A stretch of DNA of 64,000 nucleotides from a virus. Both the position numbers and the translations under genes were made by a program. Below are positions 1 to 8,167 of the stretch, one piece after another. Each line of letters begins with the position of its first letter. Position 1 is the first letter of the stretch. A model generated the notes under the pieces. It did not search any database and was not told the origin of the DNA. It was given only the letters and a program-made list of their open reading frames with translations. Location of the stretch: IMG/VR virus record IMGVR_UViG_3300005466_000027, positions 7,865 to 71,864 of that record; one strand, 5' to 3'.

Positions 1-2
1 CA

Positions 3-488
3 ACCATTGGGCATGGAGGCACAACCTCGGTGGTGGACACGTCGATCCGCAAAAGCACACTGCGCTGGCTTCACCGGGAAGACCCGCGGCTCCAGTGGCT
101 CTACCTGCGCATCGAGCACATCGTTGGGGACTTCAACGCCAAGTATTTCGGGCTCGATCTTGCGGCCCAAGCCGGGGGATTCACCGATGTCCAGTTCACC
201 GAATACCATGGTGAAAGCAATCAGCGCTACGATTGGCATGAGGATTGCAACTGGAAAGGCACAACGCCGTTCGACCGCAAACTTTCCTTGGTGATCCAAC
301 TTTCGTTGCCCAGTGAGTATCAAGGGGGCCGGTTGGAGCTACACAATGACCCGCTCCCAGATCATCTGTTCCGCGATCAGGGGGATATCATCATTTTCCC
401 ATCGTTCAACCGCCATCGGGTAACACCTGTCACCTCCGGCGACCGATACTCTCTCGTCACTTGGATTCACGGCCCACGCCTCCGGTAA
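3..488 (+). CDS. 2OG-Fe(II) oxygenase (prolyl-hydroxylase-like), 5' truncated by window edge
   Basis: YDWHED (HxD), RKLSLVIQL, YQGG, IFPSFNRHRVTPVTSGDRYSLVTW motifs; frame stays open to the left edge. Confidence 0.9.
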   Translation, partial: TIGHGGTTSVVDTSIRKSTLRWLHREDPRLQWLYLRIEHIVGDFNAKYFGLDLAAQAGGFTDVQFTEYHGESNQRYDWHEDCNWKGTTPFDRKLSLVIQLSLPSEYQGGRLELHNDPLPDHLFRDQGDIIIFPSFNRHRVTPVTSGDRYSLVTWIHGPRLR

Positions 489-493
489 TCGCT

Positions 494-718
494 ATGCACT
501 ACTCCGACCAAAAACCCACCAACGCCGATGGCGACAGCGCCGGTCAACTTCTCGCCTTCAACCGGGATACCCGTCGCTGGTACACCGTGGGCTGGAACGT
601 GGTGGACGGCAAGCGTTGGTCAGACTGGGAAAAACTGCCAGAGGCACCAGCAGAGCGGGAGGAAGAGGTTACTCCGGCTGAGCCCGCGCCCGAGCAACCC
701 GAGGCTCCGACGCAGTAG
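494..718 (+). CDS. hypothetical protein
   Basis: ATG at 494 just after upstream stop; W-rich core, acidic/Pro tail. Confidence 0.6.
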   Translation: MHYSDQKPTNADGDSAGQLLAFNRDTRRWYTVGWNVVDGKRWSDWEKLPEAPAEREEEVTPAEPAPEQPEAPTQ

Positions 719-733
719 GCTGAAAAATACCTG

Positions 734-762
734 TTGACAGACAGAAGGTAAACGGATAGAAA
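734..762 (+). promoter_or_regulatory. sigma70-like promoter upstream of capsid gene
   Basis: TTGACA (734-739), 17 bp, TAGAAA (757-762), A-rich upstream. Confidence 0.6.
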
Positions 763-945
763 CGTAAGCGACCTTAAAGACCGCTGATGTCTTGGTCGGA
801 CGTTGGCAGCGATGCCGGTGCTTTATCCCGGTTTGGCCCATCCTCCAAGACGCCCTTGGAGAATTAAATCGTTCGCGCATTCGCGCTGCAACGACCACTC
901 CACCGAAACCACTCCCTCACGGGACCATTCCATTCTTTTTTAATC

Positions 946-2196
946 ATGCCTGCTCAAAATTTCGCCGCTTGCGCCACTATCTCGCAGCGGTTCCTCGTCG
1001 AATCCGGTCGTATCGGGCCGGAAGCTTATACCCGCGGTCGTGAAGCCGATCCGCTCTGGCTCGGCCTCATCGGTCAGAAGCCGTGGCACGACAACATGGG
1101 ATACATCATCTCGAACACGGTCTACCAGCGCTCGGGTCTGACCACGCCGCCGTCCTGGCAGACGATGCAGCAGTCCGATGGTGGCAACGTCAACGGCTGC
1201 GTGCCGCCGCTCACCGTTATCAGCAACTCCACCACGACCCAGCAGTACTACCGTCAGTGGATTTCGCTGGAGAGCGATCCGCTCTGCTTGATGGACATCG
1301 TGACGAGCAACGAGCCCCGCCGCGCCATCCAAGGCTTCATCGACAACCTGATGAGCAACGCCAACTACGTGCGCAAGGAGCGTGTTCGTTCCGAGTACGA
1401 GCGCATTTCCAAGCACAAGGTGGTCATCGCCCCCGGCCTGCCGGAAGACTCCACCGCCTTCCCGCTGGTGCAACCCACCAGCCCGGTGACGGGCGGCGTC
1501 CTGCGCCACTTCTATCGTCAGCTCCAGCGTGAATCCGATGGCACCTCCGGTGTGACCAAGGTTGCCACTGGCGACCGCGGCGACCAGAAGTTCATCTTCA
1601 CGAGTTCGGGCGAAACCATCGAGAACATCGTCAAGGGTGACGAGACGATCCGCAATGACTTCCGCTGGTCGTCCCGTGTGGACGAGCTGCTCGGTTCCTG
1701 GAGCGCCCCACGCATTGCGTATGGCGGCTTCATCATGTGCGAGGAGAGCTTCCCGCCCCGCTACAACTGGAACGGCGATTTCGTCCGTGTGCCGGAATAC
1801 ACCGCGCAGGCCACGACCATCGGCAGTAAGCTGGAAATCAACCCGGCCTGGAACAACGCCCAGTTCGAAGTCAGCTACATCTTCCACCCGGATGTGATGA
1901 TTTCGCGTGTGCCGAACCAGAAACAGAGCTTCGGCGATGTGACCTACGGCCCGCTCAACTACTCGCTGGATTTCCGTTGGGTGAACCAATGGGACCGCAA
2001 TTGTAATCCGGATAACCTTGTTGGTTGGTTCCGCGCCATCGGTATTCATGCCTCGGAGCCAGTCTTCCCGCAATTCGGTTACGCGCTCATGGCACTCCGG
2101 TGCGATGTCGCCCTGAACCTCGTGCCGTGTGGCTCTGGGTCGGGTTACGCCTCCAGCTTCTCGGTCTACAGCGGCCCAGACAGTTCGCTTCAGTAA
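946..2196 (+). CDS. probable major capsid protein (416 aa)
   Basis: Size, strongly biased codon usage, own promoter and long leader, followed by strong hairpin; no diagnostic motif, so call is from context. Confidence 0.7.
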   Translation: MPAQNFAACATISQRFLVESGRIGPEAYTRGREADPLWLGLIGQKPWHDNMGYIISNTVYQRSGLTTPPSWQTMQQSDGGNVNGCVPPLTVISNSTTTQQYYRQWISLESDPLCLMDIVTSNEPRRAIQGFIDNLMSNANYVRKERVRSEYERISKHKVVIAPGLPEDSTAFPLVQPTSPVTGGVLRHFYRQLQRESDGTSGVTKVATGDRGDQKFIFTSSGETIENIVKGDETIRNDFRWSSRVDELLGSWSAPRIAYGGFIMCEESFPPRYNWNGDFVRVPEYTAQATTIGSKLEINPAWNNAQFEVSYIFHPDVMISRVPNQKQSFGDVTYGPLNYSLDFRWVNQWDRNCNPDNLVGWFRAIGIHASEPVFPQFGYALMALRCDVALNLVPCGSGSGYASSFSVYSGPDSSLQ

Positions 2197-2212
2197 TCCT
2201 CGTCGCCATAAA

Positions 2213-2250
2213 CCCCTGCGCCGGATTCCCCGGCGCGGGGGAATGGCTTT
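2213..2250 (+). terminator. GC-rich hairpin / probable terminator or stabiliser after capsid gene
   Basis: CCCCTGCGCCGG-attcc-CCGGCGCGGGGG, T-rich tract a few nt downstream. Confidence 0.65.
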
Positions 2251-2265
2251 TCCAATTTTCATTTT

Positions 2266-2583
2266 ATGGTCAAACCAAAAGCAGCTCTCGTTATCAAGGT
2301 GGGCGACAAAGGTGGTGAGCCCGATCACGACGAAACGTATTTCAGCGCTCCCGAAGGTATGGACATGGAGGGCAAGAAGCCTGGCGACACGATTGAGTTC
2401 GTCGGGGAAGCCCGTATCGAGGAGGACGGCAAACTCTGTCTCAAGAAAATGAACGGCATGGATGTCCCCGGTGCCGGTGAAGCCCAGAAAATGGGCGACG
2501 GCGAAAAGGACTCCTACAAAGGTGGATTCGCCAATGCCGTGATGCCGCCGAAGGAAGACGATCTTGAGGAGGGGGCCGCGTAA
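2266..2583 (+). CDS. hypothetical acidic protein
   Basis: ORF in structural operon, 1-nt overlap with next gene. Confidence 0.65.
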   Translation: MVKPKAALVIKVGDKGGEPDHDETYFSAPEGMDMEGKKPGDTIEFVGEARIEEDGKLCLKKMNGMDVPGAGEAQKMGDGEKDSYKGGFANAVMPPKEDDLEEGAA

Positions 2584-2888
2584 TGACACCTGGGCAACTC
2601 GGAGCTGACCTCGACGGTAAGTCAGCTACGCCTGCGACGGGCAAAGAAATGCTCCTTGCGCTCATCTTGGGTGCAGTCCAATCCACCGCATCCTCGACTA
2701 ATGGAACCGGGTCTACCGGCAGCGGACTTCCCTACGGGGCCGACGAGCAGGACATCACCAATGTGGCTGCGGGGCCATCCGTGATCGTCTACAAGAAGGC
2801 AGGCGTGACCCTCAAAACACGTACCTTTACCTACACCAATGGCGGGGGGTCCAGCACGGACGTTCTGATTAAAACGGTAGATAGCTAA
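2583..2888 (+). CDS. hypothetical virion-associated protein
   Basis: G/T/S-rich; C-terminal YKKAGVTLKTRTFTY beta-rich segment. Confidence 0.6.
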   Translation: MTPGQLGADLDGKSATPATGKEMLLALILGAVQSTASSTNGTGSTGSGLPYGADEQDITNVAAGPSVIVYKKAGVTLKTRTFTYTNGGGSSTDVLIKTVDS

Positions 2889-2891
2889 ATT

Positions 2892-3431
2892 ATGCTGGCT
2901 CCAGTTATCGGCGGATTTGTTAATATCCCACCAGGTGGGGATGGCGCAAGCGCGGTTCAGTCCCTTGTGTGGACCTGGGCCAACGGGAATCTGACAGACC
3001 CGGTGGCAGGTACTTTCACCACCGACAGCAATTATTACGATGGAACTTCGCAGATATATCTGAGCGAAATTCCCAAAGGAGGTGGCCCGAACGTGGCCGT
3101 TGCGCTCACTCAGCTCACCGGCACTTGTCAGGTTTTCTTCGTAAATAACACTACGGGGAAAATTTATTCGTATACGGCACCAACGATTGTGGGGACCGTA
3201 GACTACCTTAATTTGAGTTCGCTCAACGCGCGAGGCGTCGAACATGTGATGTGGAGCGGGGATTATTCTTTGGTAGTCGTTCCAGCTCCATCTCTTTTGG
3301 ACGTTTTGACCAAGGATTCCATCACGCCAGTGTCGGATGGGACGTACACCGTGGGAATCGGCGGCTCTCAAAATGGAACTATTACTACTCGCAACGGCGT
3401 CATTACTGCAGTGCAGGAAGCACAACCCTAA
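2892..3431 (+). CDS. probable virion fibre/decoration protein
   Basis: G/T/V-rich; C-terminal DGTYTVG...GTITTRNGVITAV resembles fibre-type ends. Confidence 0.55.
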   Translation: MLAPVIGGFVNIPPGGDGASAVQSLVWTWANGNLTDPVAGTFTTDSNYYDGTSQIYLSEIPKGGGPNVAVALTQLTGTCQVFFVNNTTGKIYSYTAPTIVGTVDYLNLSSLNARGVEHVMWSGDYSLVVVPAPSLLDVLTKDSITPVSDGTYTVGIGGSQNGTITTRNGVITAVQEAQP

Positions 3432-3433
3432 AT

Positions 3434-3754
3434 ATGAACATCGAACAAACCCAACTCGGACTTCTCTACGCAGAACAAGTCGCTGAGTATCAACGCCGCG
3501 ATGCGGAGCTTGCCGACGCGCAGGCTCAACTCTCCGCTACAGCGGCTCAGGTGCGTGACCTCGAATCTCAAGTCAACGCGTTACAAAACTCCAACGCGAG
3601 CTTGAACAACGACCTGGACACGACTGCGGTGCAACGCGACGCACTGCAGGAGCAGGTAAATTCGCTGTCTCAGCGCGATTCCGCCCTCAGCGCCACGCTC
3701 GAAAACCTCCAAGCTGATTTCGACGCCTACAAAGCAGCGCATCCTGAGTCCTAA
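3434..3754 (+). CDS. coiled-coil protein
   Basis: Heptad L/V pattern across most of the protein; ATG at 3434. Confidence 0.65.
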   Translation: MNIEQTQLGLLYAEQVAEYQRRDAELADAQAQLSATAAQVRDLESQVNALQNSNASLNNDLDTTAVQRDALQEQVNSLSQRDSALSATLENLQADFDAYKAAHPES

Positions 3755-3809
3755 TCTCTGCTGGCTTTGTGGGCGTGGGTGCGGGTAAACTTTACCTCAT
3801 CTTTTACCA

Positions 3810-4232
3810 ATGATGAAGTCCCTGCTTTATATCGAGGATGACCCGATGGAGGCTGAAGTCATTCAGCGGCTCTACCAGACAGTGCGGGTCAAGTTCCATG
3901 ATGAGGTGGACTTTCGGGTAGCCAAATCATGGGAGGACGGGTTGGCGTCGGTTGAGTCAGGACAACCTGATGTGGTGATCCTGGACCTCGTGCTACCACC
4001 CACCGTGGACACCGAGAGAGCGATCCAGAATATCGAAAGAGTTTGGAAGTTGTGGCCACCAATTCTCGTGCTCACCGGCAACACCTATGACTTGACTTTA
4101 CGCCGCCGTTGCATCTTGGCCGGGGCCGACGATTTCATGGTAAAACCCGACGCACGGCACGGTGGCTGCGAGCTGCTCTGTGAACGCGTCTACAGCGCTT
4201 ATTTAAGGAGGCTGCGTGGATCGGGAGCCTGA
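3810..4232 (+). CDS. stand-alone response regulator receiver (CheY-like) domain
   Basis: IEDD acidic pocket, PDVVILDLVLP phospho-acceptor, PILVLTG, AGADDFMVKP. Confidence 0.92.
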   Translation: MMKSLLYIEDDPMEAEVIQRLYQTVRVKFHDEVDFRVAKSWEDGLASVESGQPDVVILDLVLPPTVDTERAIQNIERVWKLWPPILVLTGNTYDLTLRRRCILAGADDFMVKPDARHGGCELLCERVYSAYLRRLRGSGA

Positions 4233-4500
4233 TTTCCATGTGCCCAAGGCACCGGAAACTCCTACCAGCCTGCTCAGCCTGCAAATCCCCATCAGCGCTG
4301 CGTGGGCGATCTTCTCCACGCTGCTCTTTGGTGGGCTCTGGACGAGCTGGCAGCTCTGGGATTTGAAGCAGAGCATCAAAGACGGCACGAACGACCGCTG
4401 GAAGAAATCCCACATGCGCGAGTGGTCCAGCCGATTTCAACAGCAGAACCCCACAGTTAAAGTCCCGAGTGTCGATCAGGTGGTGAAAGACCTGGACTGA
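4216..4500 (+). CDS. single-TM membrane protein (holin/antiholin-like candidate)
   Basis: One hydrophobic segment; lies in lysis cassette. Confidence 0.5.
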   Translation: MDREPDFHVPKAPETPTSLLSLQIPISAAWAIFSTLLFGGLWTSWQLWDLKQSIKDGTNDRWKKSHMREWSSRFQQQNPTVKVPSVDQVVKDLD

Positions 4501-4543
4501 TTAAACCTTGTCAACGGTGTGTGGGTATGCTGTAGTGCTTGAC

Positions 4544-4690
4544 ATGGCTGAAAACCCCGCTCAACACATTCAGCGATTTCTGGAGTTGGAGACTCTTCGA
4601 TTTTCCTGCACCCCGATCTTCTGGTGCGTCTTGGATGGTGTGTTCATTATGCAGCTGATGGACGCCCGTGAGATGACGGTAGCCGGTTGA
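4544..4690 (+). CDS. small hypothetical protein
   Basis: Fills gap between neighbours; ATG at 4544. Confidence 0.35.
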   Translation: MAENPAQHIQRFLELETLRFSCTPIFWCVLDGVFIMQLMDAREMTVAG

Positions 4691-4693
4691 CTT

Positions 4694-4975
4694 ATGAAAT
4701 CCCTCCCTCTCTTCGCCCTGCTCTTCTGCTCCTGCGTCACCACCAATAAACCTGCCGCGCATTTTGCCGTCACAGCTCCAACCCGTACCAGCGTTACGCG
4801 GGCTGCCGAGGCAGCGCATGAGGCACAAGTGGCGAGTGAGCGCAGTAGCGTTCACATTCGGGAATCCCAAGCAGCGAGTGAGCGGAGCAGTGCCCACATC
4901 AAGGTGTTCAAGTCGGACGCAGAGCGGATCGACTACAAAGCCAGCCGCGCTCTCCGAATCTTGGACCATCCATGA
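4694..4975 (+). CDS. putative lipoprotein (spanin-like candidate)
   Basis: MKSLPLFALLFCSC lipobox-like signal; internal repeat QVASERSSVHI/QAASERSSAHI. Confidence 0.55.
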   Translation: MKSLPLFALLFCSCVTTNKPAAHFAVTAPTRTSVTRAAEAAHEAQVASERSSVHIRESQAASERSSAHIKVFKSDAERIDYKASRALRILDHP

Positions 4976-5562
4976 GATACTTCTTTTGCCTCTTCCTGCT
5001 GCTTGGCACACCCTTGCTCGCCAAATCGCTGCCCAAAGCTGCACCAGCGCCACCGGCTGCCGCCCCTATGGCACCTCAGCGAACGGTGCAACAGGACTTG
5101 GAGCTACGGGATTGGATCGTAGGCATCCAGACTACCGCGCAGGACGAGATGAAGCGTGCGGACGCCGCGGAAGCCGAAGCCAAGATTTCCCGTGAAAAAG
5201 CCACTCTCGCGGAAGCCGAGGCCAAGGCGTCTCGCGATCAAAGCGCCATCTCGGAGTCGAAATCCCTCGATGCCCAAAAACAGTTGACCGAGGTACAGGC
5301 GAAATACAACGGGGTGGAGGATGAGCGGAACAAGGCCATCGCTGAGCGCGATGCTGAGCACAAGGGGCGGGCGGCAGCGGAGGCCCATGTCAGCAAGATT
5401 AAAACATATCTCGGTTTTGCACTCGGCGGGTTGCTGGCCTTCGCCGCGTTCTCCCTGCTTTCGCAGTTTCCTCTCCCACCGCCACTCAGTTTCTATGTTC
5501 GTATTGGCGGCCCAGTGCTGGCCTTCGGACTCGGATGGCTGATCGTCGCTCGATTTGTGTAA
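4972..5562 (+). CDS. signal peptide + coiled coil + two C-terminal TM segments (spanin-like candidate)
   Basis: Hydrophobic N-terminus, long A/E/K/R helix, hydrophobic C-terminal hairpin; adjacent to lysin. Confidence 0.55.
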   Translation: MRYFFCLFLLLGTPLLAKSLPKAAPAPPAAAPMAPQRTVQQDLELRDWIVGIQTTAQDEMKRADAAEAEAKISREKATLAEAEAKASRDQSAISESKSLDAQKQLTEVQAKYNGVEDERNKAIAERDAEHKGRAAAEAHVSKIKTYLGFALGGLLAFAAFSLLSQFPLPPPLSFYVRIGGPVLAFGLGWLIVARFV

Positions 5563-5574
5563 TACGAAAATCCT

Positions 5575-6567
5575 ATGACCAACATCCCGCTCATCACGTG
5601 GTTCCAGCGCCAATGGTTGCTGATCGTTCTGTTCTTCATCACGAATTGGCTATGCCTCACGGAAATCCATTTCAGTTTCCTCGGTAAGTGGGTAGTCGAT
5701 CCCCAACTTGGCGGAATCTGGCGACCGGCGACCCCATTGGAGTTTTGCGGCCCTTTACTGTGGGCGATTCCTTATGGTATTGCGGCTTACCTGCTGGCCC
5801 TGTTGAGCATTCATCTCCATTACCGGCAGACCCTCGACGCCGATACCCACAACGAGACGTACCTGAACGACTGGCGGGCCTGCACCTCTTCTCAGCGTGT
5901 CTATGTCGCCGCAGCTATCCGTATCGGAATCTTCATCGGGTTCTGCATTCTCCTTTCCAATCTGGCCAAAGCTGCGGTGCCCAACGTCGATCAGGACAGC
6001 CGGTGGCAGGCTGCCACGGTCAACCCCAAGGCGCGCATCGCTCTGGACGTGGCTGTGGCCCAGTACCAGCGCAATGAATGGCGCTACCAGCAGATTGCCA
6101 ACATGCGGCCAGGCACTGTTCCTCCGCAGGTTCTCTTTTGCCTCCATATGCGAGAGAGCGACTGCAATTTCAAGTGTTCCCCGGCCCAGGGCGATTCGCT
6201 CCAGCATCGGTCGATCCATGTCCCCAAAGGGCGCATCCCGGACAAGGAGCCCCCTTATACTTTCGAACAAGCGGCAATTGACAGCTATTTCAACGTGGAC
6301 CGGCTGGACCTGCAGAACTGGAAAACGACCAAGGGTACACTCGATGCCATCACAGCTTTCAACGGCTGGGGACCGGAATACCGCGGATACCCCTCGGGGT
6401 ATACGTGGGCCGGAACATCCGTTTATCGCGGTGGGAAGTTCGTAGCCGATGGGCACTGGAGTCCGATTACTTGGGATCAGCAGTTGGGGTGTGCCGCCAT
6501 TCTGAAGGCGATGCAGGCGAAAGGCATCGAGGTGTCGCCGCTGCCGTGGCCTAGGGCGGTAAAGTAA
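5575..6567 (+). CDS. endolysin (lysozyme-like, COG5526-type) with N-terminal multi-TM region
   Basis: HMRES, FNGWG..YRG.PSGYTWAGT..Y.GGKFVADG...DQQLGCAAILKAM; three hydrophobic segments in first ~130 aa. Confidence 0.8.
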   Translation: MTNIPLITWFQRQWLLIVLFFITNWLCLTEIHFSFLGKWVVDPQLGGIWRPATPLEFCGPLLWAIPYGIAAYLLALLSIHLHYRQTLDADTHNETYLNDWRACTSSQRVYVAAAIRIGIFIGFCILLSNLAKAAVPNVDQDSRWQAATVNPKARIALDVAVAQYQRNEWRYQQIANMRPGTVPPQVLFCLHMRESDCNFKCSPAQGDSLQHRSIHVPKGRIPDKEPPYTFEQAAIDSYFNVDRLDLQNWKTTKGTLDAITAFNGWGPEYRGYPSGYTWAGTSVYRGGKFVADGHWSPITWDQQLGCAAILKAMQAKGIEVSPLPWPRAVK

Positions 6568-7030
6568 GGCACGGTTTGATCCTGACAATGCTCCGGTCCA
6601 CTTTCTGGGCATAGCGAACACAGTTGCCCGTGCCTCCCGGTGAGCCATCCCACACAGCAATAAGCGTTTCGCATTTGTCCACCATCCACTCGTTGCGCTT
6701 CTGCATTTTGGCCGGTGAGTATTCGCCAGGGCAGACAATCACCACCTCGAAAGCTTTGGCGAGCAGTGCTCTATACTCTTTCTGTGACTGAGCTGGCCAC
6801 TGCGACTCCTGACCTCTGAATGGCACGGCAGCGAGAAAAGGGATGCCGAGCTGGACACAGATTTTCGCGGCCCACTGATCGACGCCGAGAGCCATACCGG
6901 AGATGGCAAAATCCGGTTTGAGCGTGAGAAGTTCCTCCTCAATGCACCAGCATACCCAGCGATATTTCGGGTTCGGGGTGTGATAGCCGCCGAGCTTGTT
7001 CGGGCGGTGGCCGGTGAACGCGACGCTCAT
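6551..7030 (-). CDS. SLOG superfamily YspA/DUF1273-like protein
   Basis: VAFTGHRP, ISGMALGVDQWAA, MQKRNEWMVD, AVWDGSPGGTGNCV. Confidence 0.9.
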   Translation of the reverse strand: MSVAFTGHRPNKLGGYHTPNPKYRWVCWCIEEELLTLKPDFAISGMALGVDQWAAKICVQLGIPFLAAVPFRGQESQWPAQSQKEYRALLAKAFEVVIVCPGEYSPAKMQKRNEWMVDKCETLIAVWDGSPGGTGNCVRYAQKVDRSIVRIKPCLTLPP

Positions 7031-7323
7031 ACATTGGGGTTGTGGTCAGGAACTCCGGCCCGAAACTCCTTTTTGCGGTCCTCGTAGAACGAGTTGCTGG
7101 CGGCAAACCTTCTGCCAGTTTTGGTTTCGAAAACAGGGACTCTCCCAAACGAATACATCCAAGTTCCAAGGTGAATATCAATCCGGCCTTTCCAACAAAG
7201 GTGGACGCCGAAAGACAAATCCCACCCTTCGTGTTTTGTGGTCCAGAGCCATCGGAAGCCGATAAATCGGAACTGTGGGATACTCGGTTTTGCCTGCCTT
7301 TTGACTCGCTCGGTAATGTCCAT
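7027..7323 (-). CDS. hypothetical protein
   Basis: ATGA-coupled to neighbour. Confidence 0.55.
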   Translation of the reverse strand: MDITERVKRQAKPSIPQFRFIGFRWLWTTKHEGWDLSFGVHLCWKGRIDIHLGTWMYSFGRVPVFETKTGRRFAASNSFYEDRKKEFRAGVPDHNPNV

Positions 7324-7325
7324 AA

Positions 7326-7715
7326 TTAAAACGGTTCATCTACAATCGCGCTCATCCACAGCTTGCCATAGCGTTCCCGGTTGCCTTTGGCGATGTTCTC
7401 GCTCATGGGGAGCACCTGGAGATTGTCCATCGTGTAGCCGAGCCACGTTTTAATCCGGTCGATGTGGTGTTCCAGGGAGTTGTATTTATTCTTGATGAGG
7501 AACTCAGTCAGCCACTCCTCGGTTAAGTCGAAGGGCACTTTTTTCCGTTTTGCCCGGTCGCGCAGGATACACAGTTTCGCTTTGACTGGGTTCGCTGTAC
7601 GCCACTGCCGCTTTTTGCATTTGCTGCAGAACCCCCCATCTTTCTTGGCACGCGGGTTGCGGCAGAATTTAGTGAGGCACTTGTCTGGGCGTCGGCGGGG
7701 GGTGGTCATTTTCAA
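7326..7715 (-). CDS. HNH-like endonuclease
   Basis: Cys-rich N-terminus; RAKRKKVPFDLT; HIDRIKTWLGYTMDNLQVL...N. Confidence 0.7.
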   Translation of the reverse strand: MKMTTPRRRPDKCLTKFCRNPRAKKDGGFCSKCKKRQWRTANPVKAKLCILRDRAKRKKVPFDLTEEWLTEFLIKNKYNSLEHHIDRIKTWLGYTMDNLQVLPMSENIAKGNRERYGKLWMSAIVDEPF

Positions 7716-8167
7716 TACCCCAGCGCCATTCCGCTACGGATGCAGTGTTCGGCGTTGCGGCAAACTTCCACTGACCCTGCACCATCGAAGAAAATTCGAA
7801 TGGGGTTCCCGATGAACAGGAAAGGCTTTTCGGCAGGTGGGTGCAGGACGGTTGGACCGGAGTATGGTGGGGCATCGCTCCAGTTATCCCGAAACCGGCG
7901 AGCGCTGAAGCAGCACATGCTTCCGGCAACCCCGACCATGCCGAAGAAGTTCGTAATCTCGAACATCCGGTGAGAGCAGTCGATGACCGACTCGTCATAC
8001 TTCATTCGGGACTCGACCAAACCTACTTCCTCAGCGCCGAAATTATCCGTCACCCAGATGCCACCGAAAAAGCGACCGTGCGAGTTGTGTTCGCTCTCAC
8101 TGTAGGTAAAACGCCGCACCATCATCGGGTCAACGTGTGGCAGTGTTTCTGCGTTGTAAGTCTTCAT
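7712..8167 (-). CDS. hypothetical protein
   Basis: ATGA-coupled on both sides. Confidence 0.55.
   Translation of the reverse strand: MKTYNAETLPHVDPMMVRRFTYSESEHNSHGRFFGGIWVTDNFGAEEVGLVESRMKYDESVIDCSHRMFEITNFFGMVGVAGSMCCFSARRFRDNWSDAPPYSGPTVLHPPAEKPFLFIGNPIRIFFDGAGSVEVCRNAEHCIRSGMALGY

Noticed and set aside
940-2589. Long antisense ORFs (also 39284-40867, 20933-22027, 61767-62723)
   Set aside because: Shadows of GC3-biased genes on the opposite strand; no motifs
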